NCBI GenBank assembly: GCA_048941265.1
Contig: JBHLNT010000002.1
Coordinates: 2,372-66,371, forward strand
DNA: 64,000 bases
Direction: 5' to 3'
Origin: Promethearchaeota archaeon
GTDB lineage: Archaea; Asgardarchaeota; Lokiarchaeia; Sigyniarchaeales; SOKP01
This document shows, in pieces, positions 1-9,182 of this stretch; positions within the stretch are counted from its first letter, which is position 1, and every line of letters begins with the position of its first letter. The notes under the pieces are model-generated. The model worked only from the letters and a program-made list of their open reading frames with translations, had not been told where the DNA came from and searched no databases. The position numbers were made by a program, and so were the translations under genes.

Positions 1-257
1 TCTTCTCTAGAATGGAATTTATTTTCGCATTCAGCATATTTAATAAAGAGTTCTGAAATATTAGGTAGAAGAGCATCGGAAATAACTCCTTTAAACGCTG
101 AAGTGATTGTTAAAAAAAGATAATTCTTTCTATCTACAGTTTGACCGTTTTTGATAGATTCAAAATCGAGTGAGGCAAGATAATTTCTCAAATTATGCGC
201 TAAACTAATGTCTTCAAGAAGTTGGTCTTTTAAAGACTCATTTTGTAAATTAGACAT
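1..257 (-). CDS. hypothetical protein, N-terminal part only (gene runs off the left edge)
   Basis: Minus-strand frame is open from position 1 to an ATG at 257-255 (MSNLQNESLKDQLLEDISLAHNLRNYLASLDFESIKNGQ...). It is absent from the ORF track because it has no stop inside the window. No motif recognised. Confidence 0.3.
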   Translation of the reverse strand, partial: MSNLQNESLKDQLLEDISLAHNLRNYLASLDFESIKNGQTVDRKNYLFLTITSAFKGVISDALLPNISELFIKYAECENKFHSRE

Positions 258-756
258 ATCCCATAAATTATAGTTTTAGAAGTTAGATCTAAAAAGAAAT
301 CGAAACAATAATTATCCATATAATATGCGTGTAATATTTTAATATTTAACATTATATGCAAATAACAACCTATTTCTGATGAACGAGAAGAAATTGCTTT
401 TTTTGTTTAGTTTCAAGATAAAATATGAGATAAATCGCCCTTTTTTGGTTAAAGTGGGAAAAAAATGGGTATAATTGATCGTAATATTTATATATTTAAC
501 TTGTATAATTAAATATACTATGAGACGAGCAATTATGGCAAACAAAATGCCGAAAGACACTAGTACTCTATTAGTGGGTATAATTTTTAGCGAACACTCT
601 AATCAGTAATCTAACGAATCAGTCTCAAACATATACTTACTCATTCTAGGTTTTAACATACTTCTCAATGCAATTATACTTTTTTAAGTCTTCTTTAAGA
701 GAAAACTGTAGGATTCTTCTTTTACTTAAGGATAATTTATTATCTACTAATATAAA

Positions 757-828
757 GGGGCCGTAGCTCAATGGAAGAGCAATTGGCTTGCACCTAATAG
801 GTTGAAGGTTCAAATCCTTCCGGCTCCA
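757..828 (+). tRNA. tRNA-Ala (anticodon UGC)
   Basis: Cloverleaf folded by hand. Acceptor GGGGCCG/CGGCTCC with G3:U70 (the Ala identity pair). D arm GCTC-AATGGAA-GAGC. Anticodon arm ATTGG-CTTGCAC-CTAAT. Variable AGGTT. T arm GAAGG-TTCAAAT-CCTTC. Discriminator A. CCA is not encoded. Confidence 0.9.
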
Positions 829-842
829 AATAAAAACAAAAA

Positions 843-1045
843 AAGGAGGTGATTCCCTAAATAAAGTGAATGTCGCCTTGAAGCGACTACAATAACCGTT
901 TGGGATCCTCGCATCCCAAACACCACTTATTATTCTTGTAATAGTATCAATTACCGAGCCCCCGTTGTCCAGATAGGCTAAGGATTCCCAGCTTTCTCCC
1001 GAATAACGTGGATTTAAATTCCACTAAGGATATAAATTCATTTTT
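843..1045 (+). ncRNA. candidate structured RNA of unknown class, 3' of tRNA-Ala
   Basis: Locally GC-enriched, non-coding stretch in otherwise A+T intergenic DNA. Four perfect hairpins: 871-886, 898-919, 937-953 and 1007-1023. Ends at a T6 run (1040-1045). I could not fold it into a tRNA or any RNA family I recognise. Confidence 0.25.
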
Positions 1046-1112
1046 TCTAGCATTTATTACCGTTAAATCTTGATTTTAAAAATGTAAAATTTCCTAAGTG
1101 GTAAAAAATTGA

Positions 1113-1343
1113 TTAAATTCTTTTTTTTACTCTTTTTTCTAACCATAATGTAAACTGAATTCTGGTTAAAATTAGAATTCCTGCGAAAAAAAAAGCTATT
1201 CCTATGTATAATAAATAATAAAATTCTTTTTTAGGAGTATGTATATAGATATTAATCCAAATAACGAGAATTATAATGGCAATTATTATTAATATCAATG
1301 AAATATTTCTAATTTTTGCATCTAGTCTTATTAAGTCCTCCAT
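1113..1343 (-). CDS. small hypothetical membrane protein (76 aa, two hydrophobic helices)
   Basis: ORF with two clear hydrophobic segments and a basic C-terminus. No homology recognised; could be spurious. Confidence 0.3.
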   Translation of the reverse strand: MEDLIRLDAKIRNISLILIIIAIIILVIWINIYIHTPKKEFYYLLYIGIAFFFAGILILTRIQFTLWLEKRVKKRI

Positions 1344-1430
1344 TACAATAAGTGGTTAATTCAAGATATCTTTTAGTTTTACGTTATGCAATTTTTGCAA
1401 TAAAAGTAATCATAAAATTTTTTAAATTTA

Positions 1431-2189
1431 ATGAGTGTTAATAAATCTATGAATGATGAAAAAAATGGTTTTTATGGAGAGATTTTCCAGCAAAAGTCAA
1501 AGAATACACGAACTAAAGAACGAGCAAGTATATCAGATCAACAACGAGTTGATCTCTACAAAAGCTACGAAAGTGCTATATCACGAGTTTCACTTCCAAA
1601 ACCAGAATTTTCCCCTGATATACAGTTTTGGGATATCATAAATAAGAGGCATAGTACTCGAGCTTTCAAGAATGAGCCAATATCAAAAATGGAATTAAGC
1701 TTATTATTGCATGGACAAACAGGGCTTACAAGAGTGTTTCCTAAATTTGCGTTTCGTACTATACCCTCTGCGGGAGGTTTATTTCCCTTAGAAATTTATG
1801 TAGCTATCAATAATGTTAGTGAAATTGAGCAAGGAATTTATCATTATAACATAGAAAAGCATGAATTAGAATGTTTAAAGCAAGGAGATTTTAGCAAAAC
1901 CGTTGCTGATGCCTGCTATGGACAAAGAATGGTAGCAAAATCAGCAATTAATTTTATTTGGACCGCAATAATCGAACGCACAAGGATAACTTATGGAGAA
2001 AGAGCTTATCGATTTATTTATTTGGATTGTGGGCACCTTGGTCAAAACTTTTACTTAGCTGCTGAGGCTTTAGGATTAAATGCTTGTGTAGTTGGAGCTT
2101 ACTATGACGATGATATCAATCAAATTTTAGATTTAGATGAGACAAAAGAATTTGCAATATATATGGGTGTAGTTGGTAAAAAACGGTAA
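1431..2189 (+). CDS. SagB-type dehydrogenase / nitroreductase-family protein
   Basis: Motifs RHSTRAF, PSAGGLFPLEIYV and CGHLGQNFYLAAEALGL are typical of the SagB/ThcOx branch of the nitroreductase fold. Confidence 0.75.
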   Translation: MSVNKSMNDEKNGFYGEIFQQKSKNTRTKERASISDQQRVDLYKSYESAISRVSLPKPEFSPDIQFWDIINKRHSTRAFKNEPISKMELSLLLHGQTGLTRVFPKFAFRTIPSAGGLFPLEIYVAINNVSEIEQGIYHYNIEKHELECLKQGDFSKTVADACYGQRMVAKSAINFIWTAIIERTRITYGERAYRFIYLDCGHLGQNFYLAAEALGLNACVVGAYYDDDINQILDLDETKEFAIYMGVVGKKR

Positions 2190-2347
2190 TCGAATAAAGA
2201 TTCTTTTTTTAATTTTGTTTTATTATCTTAAAAAGTTCTAAAATTTTTATTCATAAATTTTTTTTAAATGTTATCTATACATTTTAACTAAAAGCAAGGA
2301 ATATAGCTAATATATTGATAACTGAGTAAATTAAAAATGGCAAAATA

Positions 2348-3163
2348 ATGAAGATTCAATTTCGAGAAGCAAAAAACATAATAACTAAAAGTAATATACC
2401 CTCAATCGATTATGTTATAAACCCTTATACTGGTTGCCAACATGGCTGTATTTATTGTTATGCTGAATTTATGATCAGGTTTACAGGTCACAAGGGAGAT
2501 AAATGGGGCCAGTTTTTAGATATCAAAAAATTTGATCTAAATAAAATTAAACCTCAGAAATATGATGGAAAGAGAATTTTGATTAGTTCTGTAACAGATC
2601 CCTATATCCCCTTAGAATTAAAGTTCCAAAATACTCGAAATATTCTAAAAAAATTAGTTGGAACTGAAGCTGAAATCGTTATTCTCACGAAATCCAAATT
2701 TGTTGAAAGAGATATTAATTTATTTAAAAAGTTTGAAAATCTTGAAGTTGGAATATCAATCAGTACGTTAGATGAAATCTTCGCCAAAATTGTGGAACCT
2801 GGAGCATCAAAACCAAAGGATAGATTAAGTATAGTCAAAAGGTTAAAGGAAAATGAGCTTAATACATATATATTTATATCTCCTTTTTTTCCTGGAATTA
2901 CCGATTTTCGCGAAATCATCGAGAAATCAATGAATTTTACTGATTATTATATGTTTGAAAATTTAAATTTTCGACCGCATAATATTCCTCGTATTTTAAA
3001 AACAATCAACAAGTATAATCCTCAAATTTTACCCATATATCAAGAGCTTAAGGTAGATCGTTCAAGATGGGATTTGATCGAAGATGAAATTAGAATCTAT
3101 TGTGAAAAAAGGAACATTAACTACAGTATAGAATTCCATCATGGTGGTTTTTCAAAATCTTAA
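2348..3163 (+). CDS. radical SAM protein (SplB / COG1533-like)
   Basis: CxxxCxxC cluster motif in GCQHGCIYCYAEF near the N-terminus. Size and layout resemble spore-photoproduct-lyase-related radical SAM proteins. Confidence 0.7.
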   Translation: MKIQFREAKNIITKSNIPSIDYVINPYTGCQHGCIYCYAEFMIRFTGHKGDKWGQFLDIKKFDLNKIKPQKYDGKRILISSVTDPYIPLELKFQNTRNILKKLVGTEAEIVILTKSKFVERDINLFKKFENLEVGISISTLDEIFAKIVEPGASKPKDRLSIVKRLKENELNTYIFISPFFPGITDFREIIEKSMNFTDYYMFENLNFRPHNIPRILKTINKYNPQILPIYQELKVDRSRWDLIEDEIRIYCEKRNINYSIEFHHGGFSKS

Positions 3164-3239
3164 TAAAGTCTCGAATTAAACCTAAAATCGATATTTATTT
3201 AATATTTAATAAAAACAATAGAAAAAAATAGAATAATAA

Positions 3240-3449
3240 TTACTCAGCAGACTCTGAAGATTCCTCAGATTCTTCAGTTTTTTGATCCTGAAAATTTTTA
3301 AATGTTCCTTTTACTTCGTTAAAATCTAAAGTCACTACAGTGTGACCTCTATGTTTTCCCTCAAATAATTTAATGACTCCCTGATTTGCGGGATTCTCAG
3401 GATGAATTATGGCGAATTCACGACATTTCATACATGCCCTGCAGCGCAT
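3240..3449 (-). CDS. small CxxC/His protein, paralogue 1 (69 aa)
   Basis: MRCRACMKCREFAIIHPENP...KHRGHTVVTLDF. Clearly paralogous to 3740-3940. GAGGTG Shine-Dalgarno lies 8 nt upstream of the ATG. Acidic variable tail. Confidence 0.6.
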   Translation of the reverse strand: MRCRACMKCREFAIIHPENPANQGVIKLFEGKHRGHTVVTLDFNEVKGTFKNFQDQKTEESEESSESAE

Positions 3450-3739
3450 TTTTACAACACCTCAATTAATAGCAAGCTAAATTTAATCATAAATTATAAT
3501 TAATAATTCGATAATAATTTTATGAATCTTTTAAAAATTTATGTTATATTTTATTTAAAAATCAATAATAAATCTGTCAGACTGTCAGAATGGTAATGAT
3601 CAATTTTTTTGCGAAATTGTAAATGTTGTTATTAAATTAGCTTTAATACAAGATCTGTTTTATTAGTATTTAATAATAATACTTTTTTATTGATTCGGTA
3701 TAATCTTAAACCAAAATTTAAAAAATAAAACCGAGAATT

Positions 3740-3940
3740 TTAGCTACTCACTTTTACAGATTTGTCATATTCTGCGGATTCCATATTAGTGAAGTCATCT
3801 TTTATCTCATAAAGATCTACTGTAATAACGGTGTGATATCCGTGTTTATTTTCAAAAGTTTTCACTAGATTTATATTTATCGGGTTATCTGGGTGAATAA
3901 CTACATATTCTTTACATCTTAAACATGCTCTAGCTCTCAT
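3740..3940 (-). CDS. small CxxC/His protein, paralogue 2 (66 aa)
   Basis: MRARACLRCKEYVVIHPDNP...KHGYHTVITVDL. Shares CxxC, IHP-[DE]-NP and KH-x-x-HTV with 3240-3449. GGTG lies upstream of the ATG. Confidence 0.6.
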   Translation of the reverse strand: MRARACLRCKEYVVIHPDNPININLVKTFENKHGYHTVITVDLYEIKDDFTNMESAEYDKSVKVSS

Positions 3941-4077
3941 AACAGCACCAAATACTAATTTTCATCTTCTACATATATTGAAAAAACGAAAAAATATCAA
4001 AATTCCCCTTATTTTTTAAAATTTTTTTATAGTGTTAAAAGAATAAATTAAAAAGGATTTCGGTTTGGATTTTTAAA

Positions 4078-5526
4078 TTATTGATTCTGGAAAGGGGCTA
4101 CTTTTTTCTCCTGATCATCATTAACAAGACAATATTCCATCAAACATTCGAGACAAATCCGATTTTTTTCTAATCCAACCGCATCTATAAGAGACTCAAT
4201 AGTTTGGTACTTTAGGGTATCAGCTCCTATATATTTTCTCATTTCCTCATTAAAATTATCATAATATTGTAATTTCTTTTCGAAGGCGATTAGTCTATTC
4301 TTAGTGGAAAAACTTTTATTCAGTTGACAATAATTTATAATTGGCGGAATACTAATTCGAACATGGATGGATTGTGCTCCAGCTTCTCTTAGCATCGAAA
4401 TAATTTGTTTTAATGTATTTCCTGATAAAATCGAATCATCTATTAAAATAATTTTCTTTTTATTTACGATCGTTTTAATTGCATTTAATTTTTCATTAGG
4501 GGTGCTCCCTATTTGCCATAAATATCTGTTTTTCATCAATCCTTCTTGATATTGCAGACCAGACTCTTTTGCGTAGCCCATTGCCGCGCTTCTCCCTGAA
4601 TCTGGAACGGGGACAACAATAGCGTTTGAAAGATGAAGATCTTCATTTTTTGCCAAATTTTTTCCTAAATTATAGCGTACATCTGCAACCGAAATACCTT
4701 CTATTATTGAATCAGGTCGCGCAAAATAACTGTATTCGAAATAACACATTTTTTGCCTTTTTTGCTTTTGAATTCTAACTTTTTTTATTTCCTTTAATGG
4801 ATTGCAAAGTATTATTTCTCCAGGCATTATATCTCTTTTTAATTCTGCTCCTAAGGCATCTAAAGAGCAGGATTCTGAAGATATAATCCAAAATATATTA
4901 TTATTCTTTTTCAGCTTTCCATAACATAAGGGTTTGTATCCAAGAGGATCCCTTAGTGCGTATAAATTACCTTCAGCGGTTAATAGGATAATAGAATATG
5001 CTCCCTTAATCGTTTTCATAACCATTGTTAGGGTCTCAATTAAAGTTTCAGAAAATTTAGATAATGTATCAATCAATATTGCTAAGAGTTCTATATCAGA
5101 AACATTAGTAAAAATCCTTCCCATCTCTCTTAACTTATTATAAATCTCATTATAATTCGAAATGGTTCCATTCATAGCTATTGAAAATTCCATTTGAGTT
5201 GATTTGAAGTGATAGGGTTGGATTTCTTCTCTACTTGTATTATCTGGTATTCCATATCCGACATGACCTATTCCGATATTACCTAAAAATCTCTGCAATC
5301 TTTTATGATTTAGAACTTCAAATACTAGGCCTTTATTACAATATGTATTAATTTGTCCATTGCAGCTTGAAGTAGAGATACCAGAACTTAACTGTCCTCG
5401 GTGTTGAATAGCCATAAGTCCTGTATAAATTAAACCAGCGACAGAGTAACTGAAGTCATTACATGCTATGCCAAATACGCCGCAAAACTCATCCAATTTG
5501 TCTTCCGTAAAGCTCATCTTTAACAT
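4078..5526 (-). CDS. purF: amidophosphoribosyltransferase
   Basis: Short propeptide followed by the CGVFGI Ntn nucleophile. PRTase motif ILIDDSILSGNT. Last gene of the pur operon. Confidence 0.9.
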   Translation of the reverse strand: MLKMSFTEDKLDEFCGVFGIACNDFSYSVAGLIYTGLMAIQHRGQLSSGISTSSCNGQINTYCNKGLVFEVLNHKRLQRFLGNIGIGHVGYGIPDNTSREEIQPYHFKSTQMEFSIAMNGTISNYNEIYNKLREMGRIFTNVSDIELLAILIDTLSKFSETLIETLTMVMKTIKGAYSIILLTAEGNLYALRDPLGYKPLCYGKLKKNNNIFWIISSESCSLDALGAELKRDIMPGEIILCNPLKEIKKVRIQKQKRQKMCYFEYSYFARPDSIIEGISVADVRYNLGKNLAKNEDLHLSNAIVVPVPDSGRSAAMGYAKESGLQYQEGLMKNRYLWQIGSTPNEKLNAIKTIVNKKKIILIDDSILSGNTLKQIISMLREAGAQSIHVRISIPPIINYCQLNKSFSTKNRLIAFEKKLQYYDNFNEEMRKYIGADTLKYQTIESLIDAVGLEKNRICLECLMEYCLVNDDQEKKVAPFQNQ

Positions 5527-5544
5527 CTTTAAATTAATTTAGAT

Positions 5545-7794
5545 TCATATTTCCATAAGATTTGGTATTGTAGAGTCGTATAATTTTTTCATTTGGAGAA
5601 CATCAAGCTTAATAGGTTCTAATTCAAGACCTTCTATAATTATTTCCGGATTAGGAATTAAAATACCTATTTTGTTGGCTGTTATATTAAATTTTTTAGC
5701 AAGTTCTATGATTCTTTCATAATTCTCAGGAGCCGTTTCGATAATAAATCTTCCCACTGATTCGCTAAACAAAAATTCATCGGTTTGCATTACATTACTG
5801 TAATATTCAGAAAAATTCAGCTTTGCCCCTAACCTATTTTTAAAACACATTTCAGCTATCGTAATGATAAACCCACCCTTATTTACATCGTGGTTTGCTT
5901 TAACAAGGTTATTTTTATAGAGTTCAAAAAGAAAGTTCCATGTTGCTTTTACGCTCTGTTCAACAACTTTGGGTGGGATACCCCCTTCAATATCGAAAAT
6001 AACAGAATGATATTCAGATCCTCCTAATTCTGCTTTTGTATCTCCAATAATTAGGATATCATTTCCAGGTTTTTTAAAAGGAAGGGTGATTATGTTTTCC
6101 TTACCCTCAATTAGACCGACAATCATAATTATTGGTGTTCCTTTTATTGCTGTATTAGTGACCTCATCTTCATTATAGAATGAAACATTTCCTCCAACAA
6201 CGGGAATTCTCAATTCTTTACAAAAATCTGCCATGCCCTTAACACCTTGAGAAAAATACCAAAATGAAACCGGTTTTACAGGGTTCCCAAAATTACAACA
6301 ATTTACCATAGCCATTGGTTTTGCTCCATTAGCTATAACATTTCCACATATTTCTACTAATCCCCCTTTAGCACCTTCATATGGATCTAAATAACAATGT
6401 TTTGAATTTACACCAACACTTGCCGAAATGAACTTATTTGTGCCTATTATTCTCAATACTCCTGAATCTCCATCTCCACATTTAACAACGGATCTGACAC
6501 CTACTTCATGGTCATATTGACGGTACACCCACTCTTTATTACAAATATTTTCTGATGCTATTAGTTTATAAATGATTTCCTCAATTTCTAATGAGGGGTT
6601 CGGTGTTTTTTGAGCAAGTAATTCATCCAAATAATCTGGTCGTTTTTCTTTTCTCGGAATAGTAGGTGCATCTGAAAGTGCTGTCGCTGGTAAATTTACT
6701 ACAAGATTATCATCTTTATATACTCTTAAAACCCTGGAATCATCAGTTCTTCCAATCACTGCATGAGCCATTTCAAATTTTCGAAAAACTTCTAGTACGG
6801 TCTCTAAACCCTCTGGTTTTACGATAAAAGCCATTCTTTCTTGAGATTCTGAGAGCATTATCTCAAAAGAATTCATACCTGGCTCACGTGTAAAGATTTT
6901 AGTCATATCAATGTTAGCACCAGTTCCTCCATCACCAGTTAATTCGCTAAGAGCACATGATAAACCACCCCCTCCAAGATCTTTTAAACCTCTAACATAT
7001 CCAGTTTTAACAGCTTCTATAGTTGCTTCAATGATCATTTTTTTAGTAAAAGGGTCACCTATTTGAACTGCGGGTCTATCAGCCTCCGACATTTCTGTTA
7101 GAGTTCTTGAAGCAAAAGTGACTCCATGAATTCCATCTCTTCCAGTTGATCCTCCCATTAGAATTATATAATCACCTGGATGGAATGCTCTACTTGGAGC
7201 ATGTTTAAAATCTTCGATGGTTCCTAGTCCTATGCATGCCACATTGACTAAACAATTGCTTTCAAAACTTTCATCAAATTCAACTTCCCCACCAATAGTA
7301 GGAATACCGGTACAATTACCATAATCCGCGATTCCTTTTACAACATATTTAAATAACCATTGGGAATGAGGATTATTTTTAAGCGGTCCAAATCTTAGAG
7401 GATCTAATAATGCGATTGGTCGGACACCCATACATAAAATATCTCTAATGATACCTCCTATACCTGTAGCTGCTCCGTGATATGGTTCGATCGCGGAAGG
7501 ATGATTATGAGATTCTATTCTAAATGCCAAACAATATCCATCACCTATGTCAATTACTCCCGCATCTTGCCCCGGACCAGCTAACACATAATCATAATTT
7601 TTTTCAGCATCTTCAAATAATTTAAGTTTTGGTCTTGATGATTTATAGGAACAATGTTCCGAATGCATAATATCGAACATACCCCATTCGGTAATCGATG
7701 GTTCCCTCTCCAATAAAGATTTAATTTGCTCGATTTCTGGTTCGGTCAAATCTACATTTACTTTATCCCCTTCAATTTCTACTTGTGGCATCAT
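5545..7794 (-). CDS. purL: phosphoribosylformylglycinamidine synthase subunit PurL (FGAM synthase II)
   Basis: Motifs RIESHNHPSAIEPY and KDLGGGGLSCA. About 750 aa with duplicated AIR-synthase-like domains. Its ATG overlaps the purQ stop (ATGA, 7791-7794). Confidence 0.92.
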   Translation of the reverse strand: MMPQVEIEGDKVNVDLTEPEIEQIKSLLEREPSITEWGMFDIMHSEHCSYKSSRPKLKLFEDAEKNYDYVLAGPGQDAGVIDIGDGYCLAFRIESHNHPSAIEPYHGAATGIGGIIRDILCMGVRPIALLDPLRFGPLKNNPHSQWLFKYVVKGIADYGNCTGIPTIGGEVEFDESFESNCLVNVACIGLGTIEDFKHAPSRAFHPGDYIILMGGSTGRDGIHGVTFASRTLTEMSEADRPAVQIGDPFTKKMIIEATIEAVKTGYVRGLKDLGGGGLSCALSELTGDGGTGANIDMTKIFTREPGMNSFEIMLSESQERMAFIVKPEGLETVLEVFRKFEMAHAVIGRTDDSRVLRVYKDDNLVVNLPATALSDAPTIPRKEKRPDYLDELLAQKTPNPSLEIEEIIYKLIASENICNKEWVYRQYDHEVGVRSVVKCGDGDSGVLRIIGTNKFISASVGVNSKHCYLDPYEGAKGGLVEICGNVIANGAKPMAMVNCCNFGNPVKPVSFWYFSQGVKGMADFCKELRIPVVGGNVSFYNEDEVTNTAIKGTPIIMIVGLIEGKENIITLPFKKPGNDILIIGDTKAELGGSEYHSVIFDIEGGIPPKVVEQSVKATWNFLFELYKNNLVKANHDVNKGGFIITIAEMCFKNRLGAKLNFSEYYSNVMQTDEFLFSESVGRFIIETAPENYERIIELAKKFNITANKIGILIPNPEIIIEGLELEPIKLDVLQMKKLYDSTIPNLMEI

Positions 7795-8501
7795 GAAATC
7801 CTCCTTTTTATAAAATCAACCATCGATTCAAAAAATAATTTACCATGGGTTGTTCCATATGGACTTAAAATGGCTTCTGAAGCTCTTTCAGGATGGGGCA
7901 TTAATCCCAGACAATTTTGCTCTAAATTACAGACCCCTGCGATATTTTCCATAGAGCCATTTGGATTAGATTCACTCGTTAGCTCTCCATTTTCATTTGA
8001 ATATCTAAAAACAATCTGCTCATTCTCGATAAGTTCTTTTAAATTGTCTGTATAAAAACGGCCTTCTCCATGGGCAACCGGTATATTAAGAATATCACCT
8101 TTGTTCATTTTAATCGTAAAGGCGGTTTTACTGTTCTCGACTTTAATTTTAATCCATTTGCATACAAATTTAAGGCTCTCATTTTTAAGTAAAGCTCCAG
8201 GAAGAAATTCGGCTTCAGCCAGGATTTGAAACCCATTACAGATACCTATAATGGGTTTACCTTCTTTTAGCATTATTCGTGCTTCATCAATTGCAGGACT
8301 ATGAGCAGCTATAATTCCTGCTCTTAAATAATCTCCAAAAGTAAAACCACCTGGAAGGATCACTCCATCATAATGTGATGCTTTGAAATGATTATGCCAA
8401 ATTAATTCAGTTTCAACATTAATTACATTATTTAAAACATGTACAGCATCCAAATCACAGTTTGCTCCTGGAAATTGGATTACTGCTATTTTAATACTCA
8501 T
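7791..8501 (-). CDS. purQ: phosphoribosylformylglycinamidine synthase glutaminase subunit PurQ
   Basis: Class-I amidotransferase: GICNGFQ nucleophile elbow and MPHPER near the C-terminus. Lies between purS and purL. Confidence 0.9.
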   Translation of the reverse strand: MSIKIAVIQFPGANCDLDAVHVLNNVINVETELIWHNHFKASHYDGVILPGGFTFGDYLRAGIIAAHSPAIDEARIMLKEGKPIIGICNGFQILAEAEFLPGALLKNESLKFVCKWIKIKVENSKTAFTIKMNKGDILNIPVAHGEGRFYTDNLKELIENEQIVFRYSNENGELTSESNPNGSMENIAGVCNLEQNCLGLMPHPERASEAILSPYGTTHGKLFFESMVDFIKRRIS

Positions 8502-8510
8502 TATTTTTAA

Positions 8511-8777
8511 TTAATTTGTTGTTAAGCTTAAAATTTTAAAATTTTGAGTTACTGGGTTAAAAATTCTTAATTTGTTTAATAAATCTTCCACAGTATCTTG
8601 AGCGTTTTGTTCATTTTCCGCTTCAAGATAGAACCTTAGATATTGCCCACTACGAACACTAGAGACCATATCATACCCTTTTTTAGCAAGTAAATCTCTT
8701 TTTATGGTCTCTCCTACTGGATCACGAGCAGCAGGCTTATTTTCCAAAACAACTTCTACGATATATTCTGATGCCAT
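8511..8777 (-). CDS. purS: phosphoribosylformylglycinamidine synthase subunit PurS
   Basis: 88 aa. ARDPVGETIKRDL resembles the PurS DPQG region. Position directly upstream of purQ-purL. Confidence 0.75.
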   Translation of the reverse strand: MASEYIVEVVLENKPAARDPVGETIKRDLLAKKGYDMVSSVRSGQYLRFYLEAENEQNAQDTVEDLLNKLRIFNPVTQNFKILSLTTN

Positions 8778-8927
8778 TTATTAAAAAAGAAGATAGTAAT
8801 AATAAAAATAGTTCTTATTAACTTAAAAATAATACTCTATAACGACAAAAATGGTAAAGAATTTTGTCTTCTCTTTCTACTCGACATAGCTCCTAGTAAA
8901 GAAGAAGACTCCTTTTATTTTAAATAA

Positions 8928-9143
8928 TTATTGATAAATAAGGAAAAAGCTAATGAAAATCATTATAAATAATGAAAGCAGAGCAAGCCCATAACTAAGT
9001 AAACATGATTTTGGTAGGGCATTTTTCTTAATAACTTCTCCTTCTTTACTTCTTGCCTTTAATACACTTATTAAAATAAACAGAAATGAGAGAATAAACA
9101 ATCCAAAGTTAATAAATAATAAAATTAATGCAAAATCAGTCAT
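8928..9143 (-). CDS. small hypothetical membrane protein (71 aa, two TM segments)
   Basis: Hydrophobic ORF between purC and purS on the same strand. No homology recognised. Confidence 0.3.
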   Translation of the reverse strand: MTDFALILLFINFGLFILSFLFILISVLKARSKEGEVIKKNALPKSCLLSYGLALLSLFIMIFISFFLIYQ

Positions 9144-9182
9144 TATACACCAATTTCGATATTAAAGTATTTAAATTTTTTC

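Noticed and set aside
339-560. 73-aa minus-strand ORF in the region between the left-edge gene and tRNA-Ala
   Set aside because: It lies in low-complexity A+T intergenic sequence. The translation is Ile/Phe/Asn/Tyr-rich as expected from composition. There is no Shine-Dalgarno block and no motif. Most likely not a gene.
841-857. AAAGGAGGTGATTCCC resembles the reverse complement of the 16S rRNA 3' end
   Set aside because: The minus-strand sequence upstream of it (higher coordinates) is the hairpin island and then protein-coding genes, not rRNA. It is more likely a strong SD-like or anti-16S-tail sequence within the candidate RNA. The only ORF behind it is a 9-codon GTG frame.
931-1031. Attempt to fold 931-1031 (both strands) into an intron-containing tRNA
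   Set aside because: A T-arm-like hairpin (loop TTTAAAT, lacking the conserved C56) and a D-arm-like segment exist. No consistent acceptor stem or anticodon arm could be built. The only 7-nt partner for the 3' strand (ATTCTTG, 931-937) gives a D arm without GG. I keep it only as an unassigned RNA candidate.
2602-2919. Antisense or alternative-frame ORFs inside well-supported genes. Those of at least 75 aa are 2602-2919, 7726-8055, 11647-11874, 12432-12668, 13201-13446, 18314-18682, 19200-19436, 19393-19629, 27475-27753, 28180-28419, 34454-34693, 34880-35125, 36278-36565, 39257-39511, 40029-40331, 44232-44477, 45225-45650, 47074-47331, 47733-48065 and 60897-61136. The same applies to the shorter (60-72 aa) track ORFs not listed under features, for example 1453-1641 and 4367-4549.
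   Set aside because: Each overlaps a gene with clear family motifs on the other strand or in another frame. Their translations are low-complexity Ser/Phe/Ile/Leu-rich strings, typical of shadow ORFs in AT-rich genomes.
3574-3589. Tandem octamer CTGTCAGA-CTGTCAGA between the two small paralogues
   Set aside because: It is only 16 nt and has no other copy that I could find in the window. A short slippage repeat is the simplest reading.
1431-3940. Possible RiPP (TOMM-like) cluster: SagB dehydrogenase, radical SAM and two small Cys-containing peptides
   Set aside because: There is no YcaO or cyclodehydratase. The small proteins are conserved over their whole body rather than showing a leader/core pattern. 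They sit on the opposite strand with their own promoters. Adjacency alone is insufficient.
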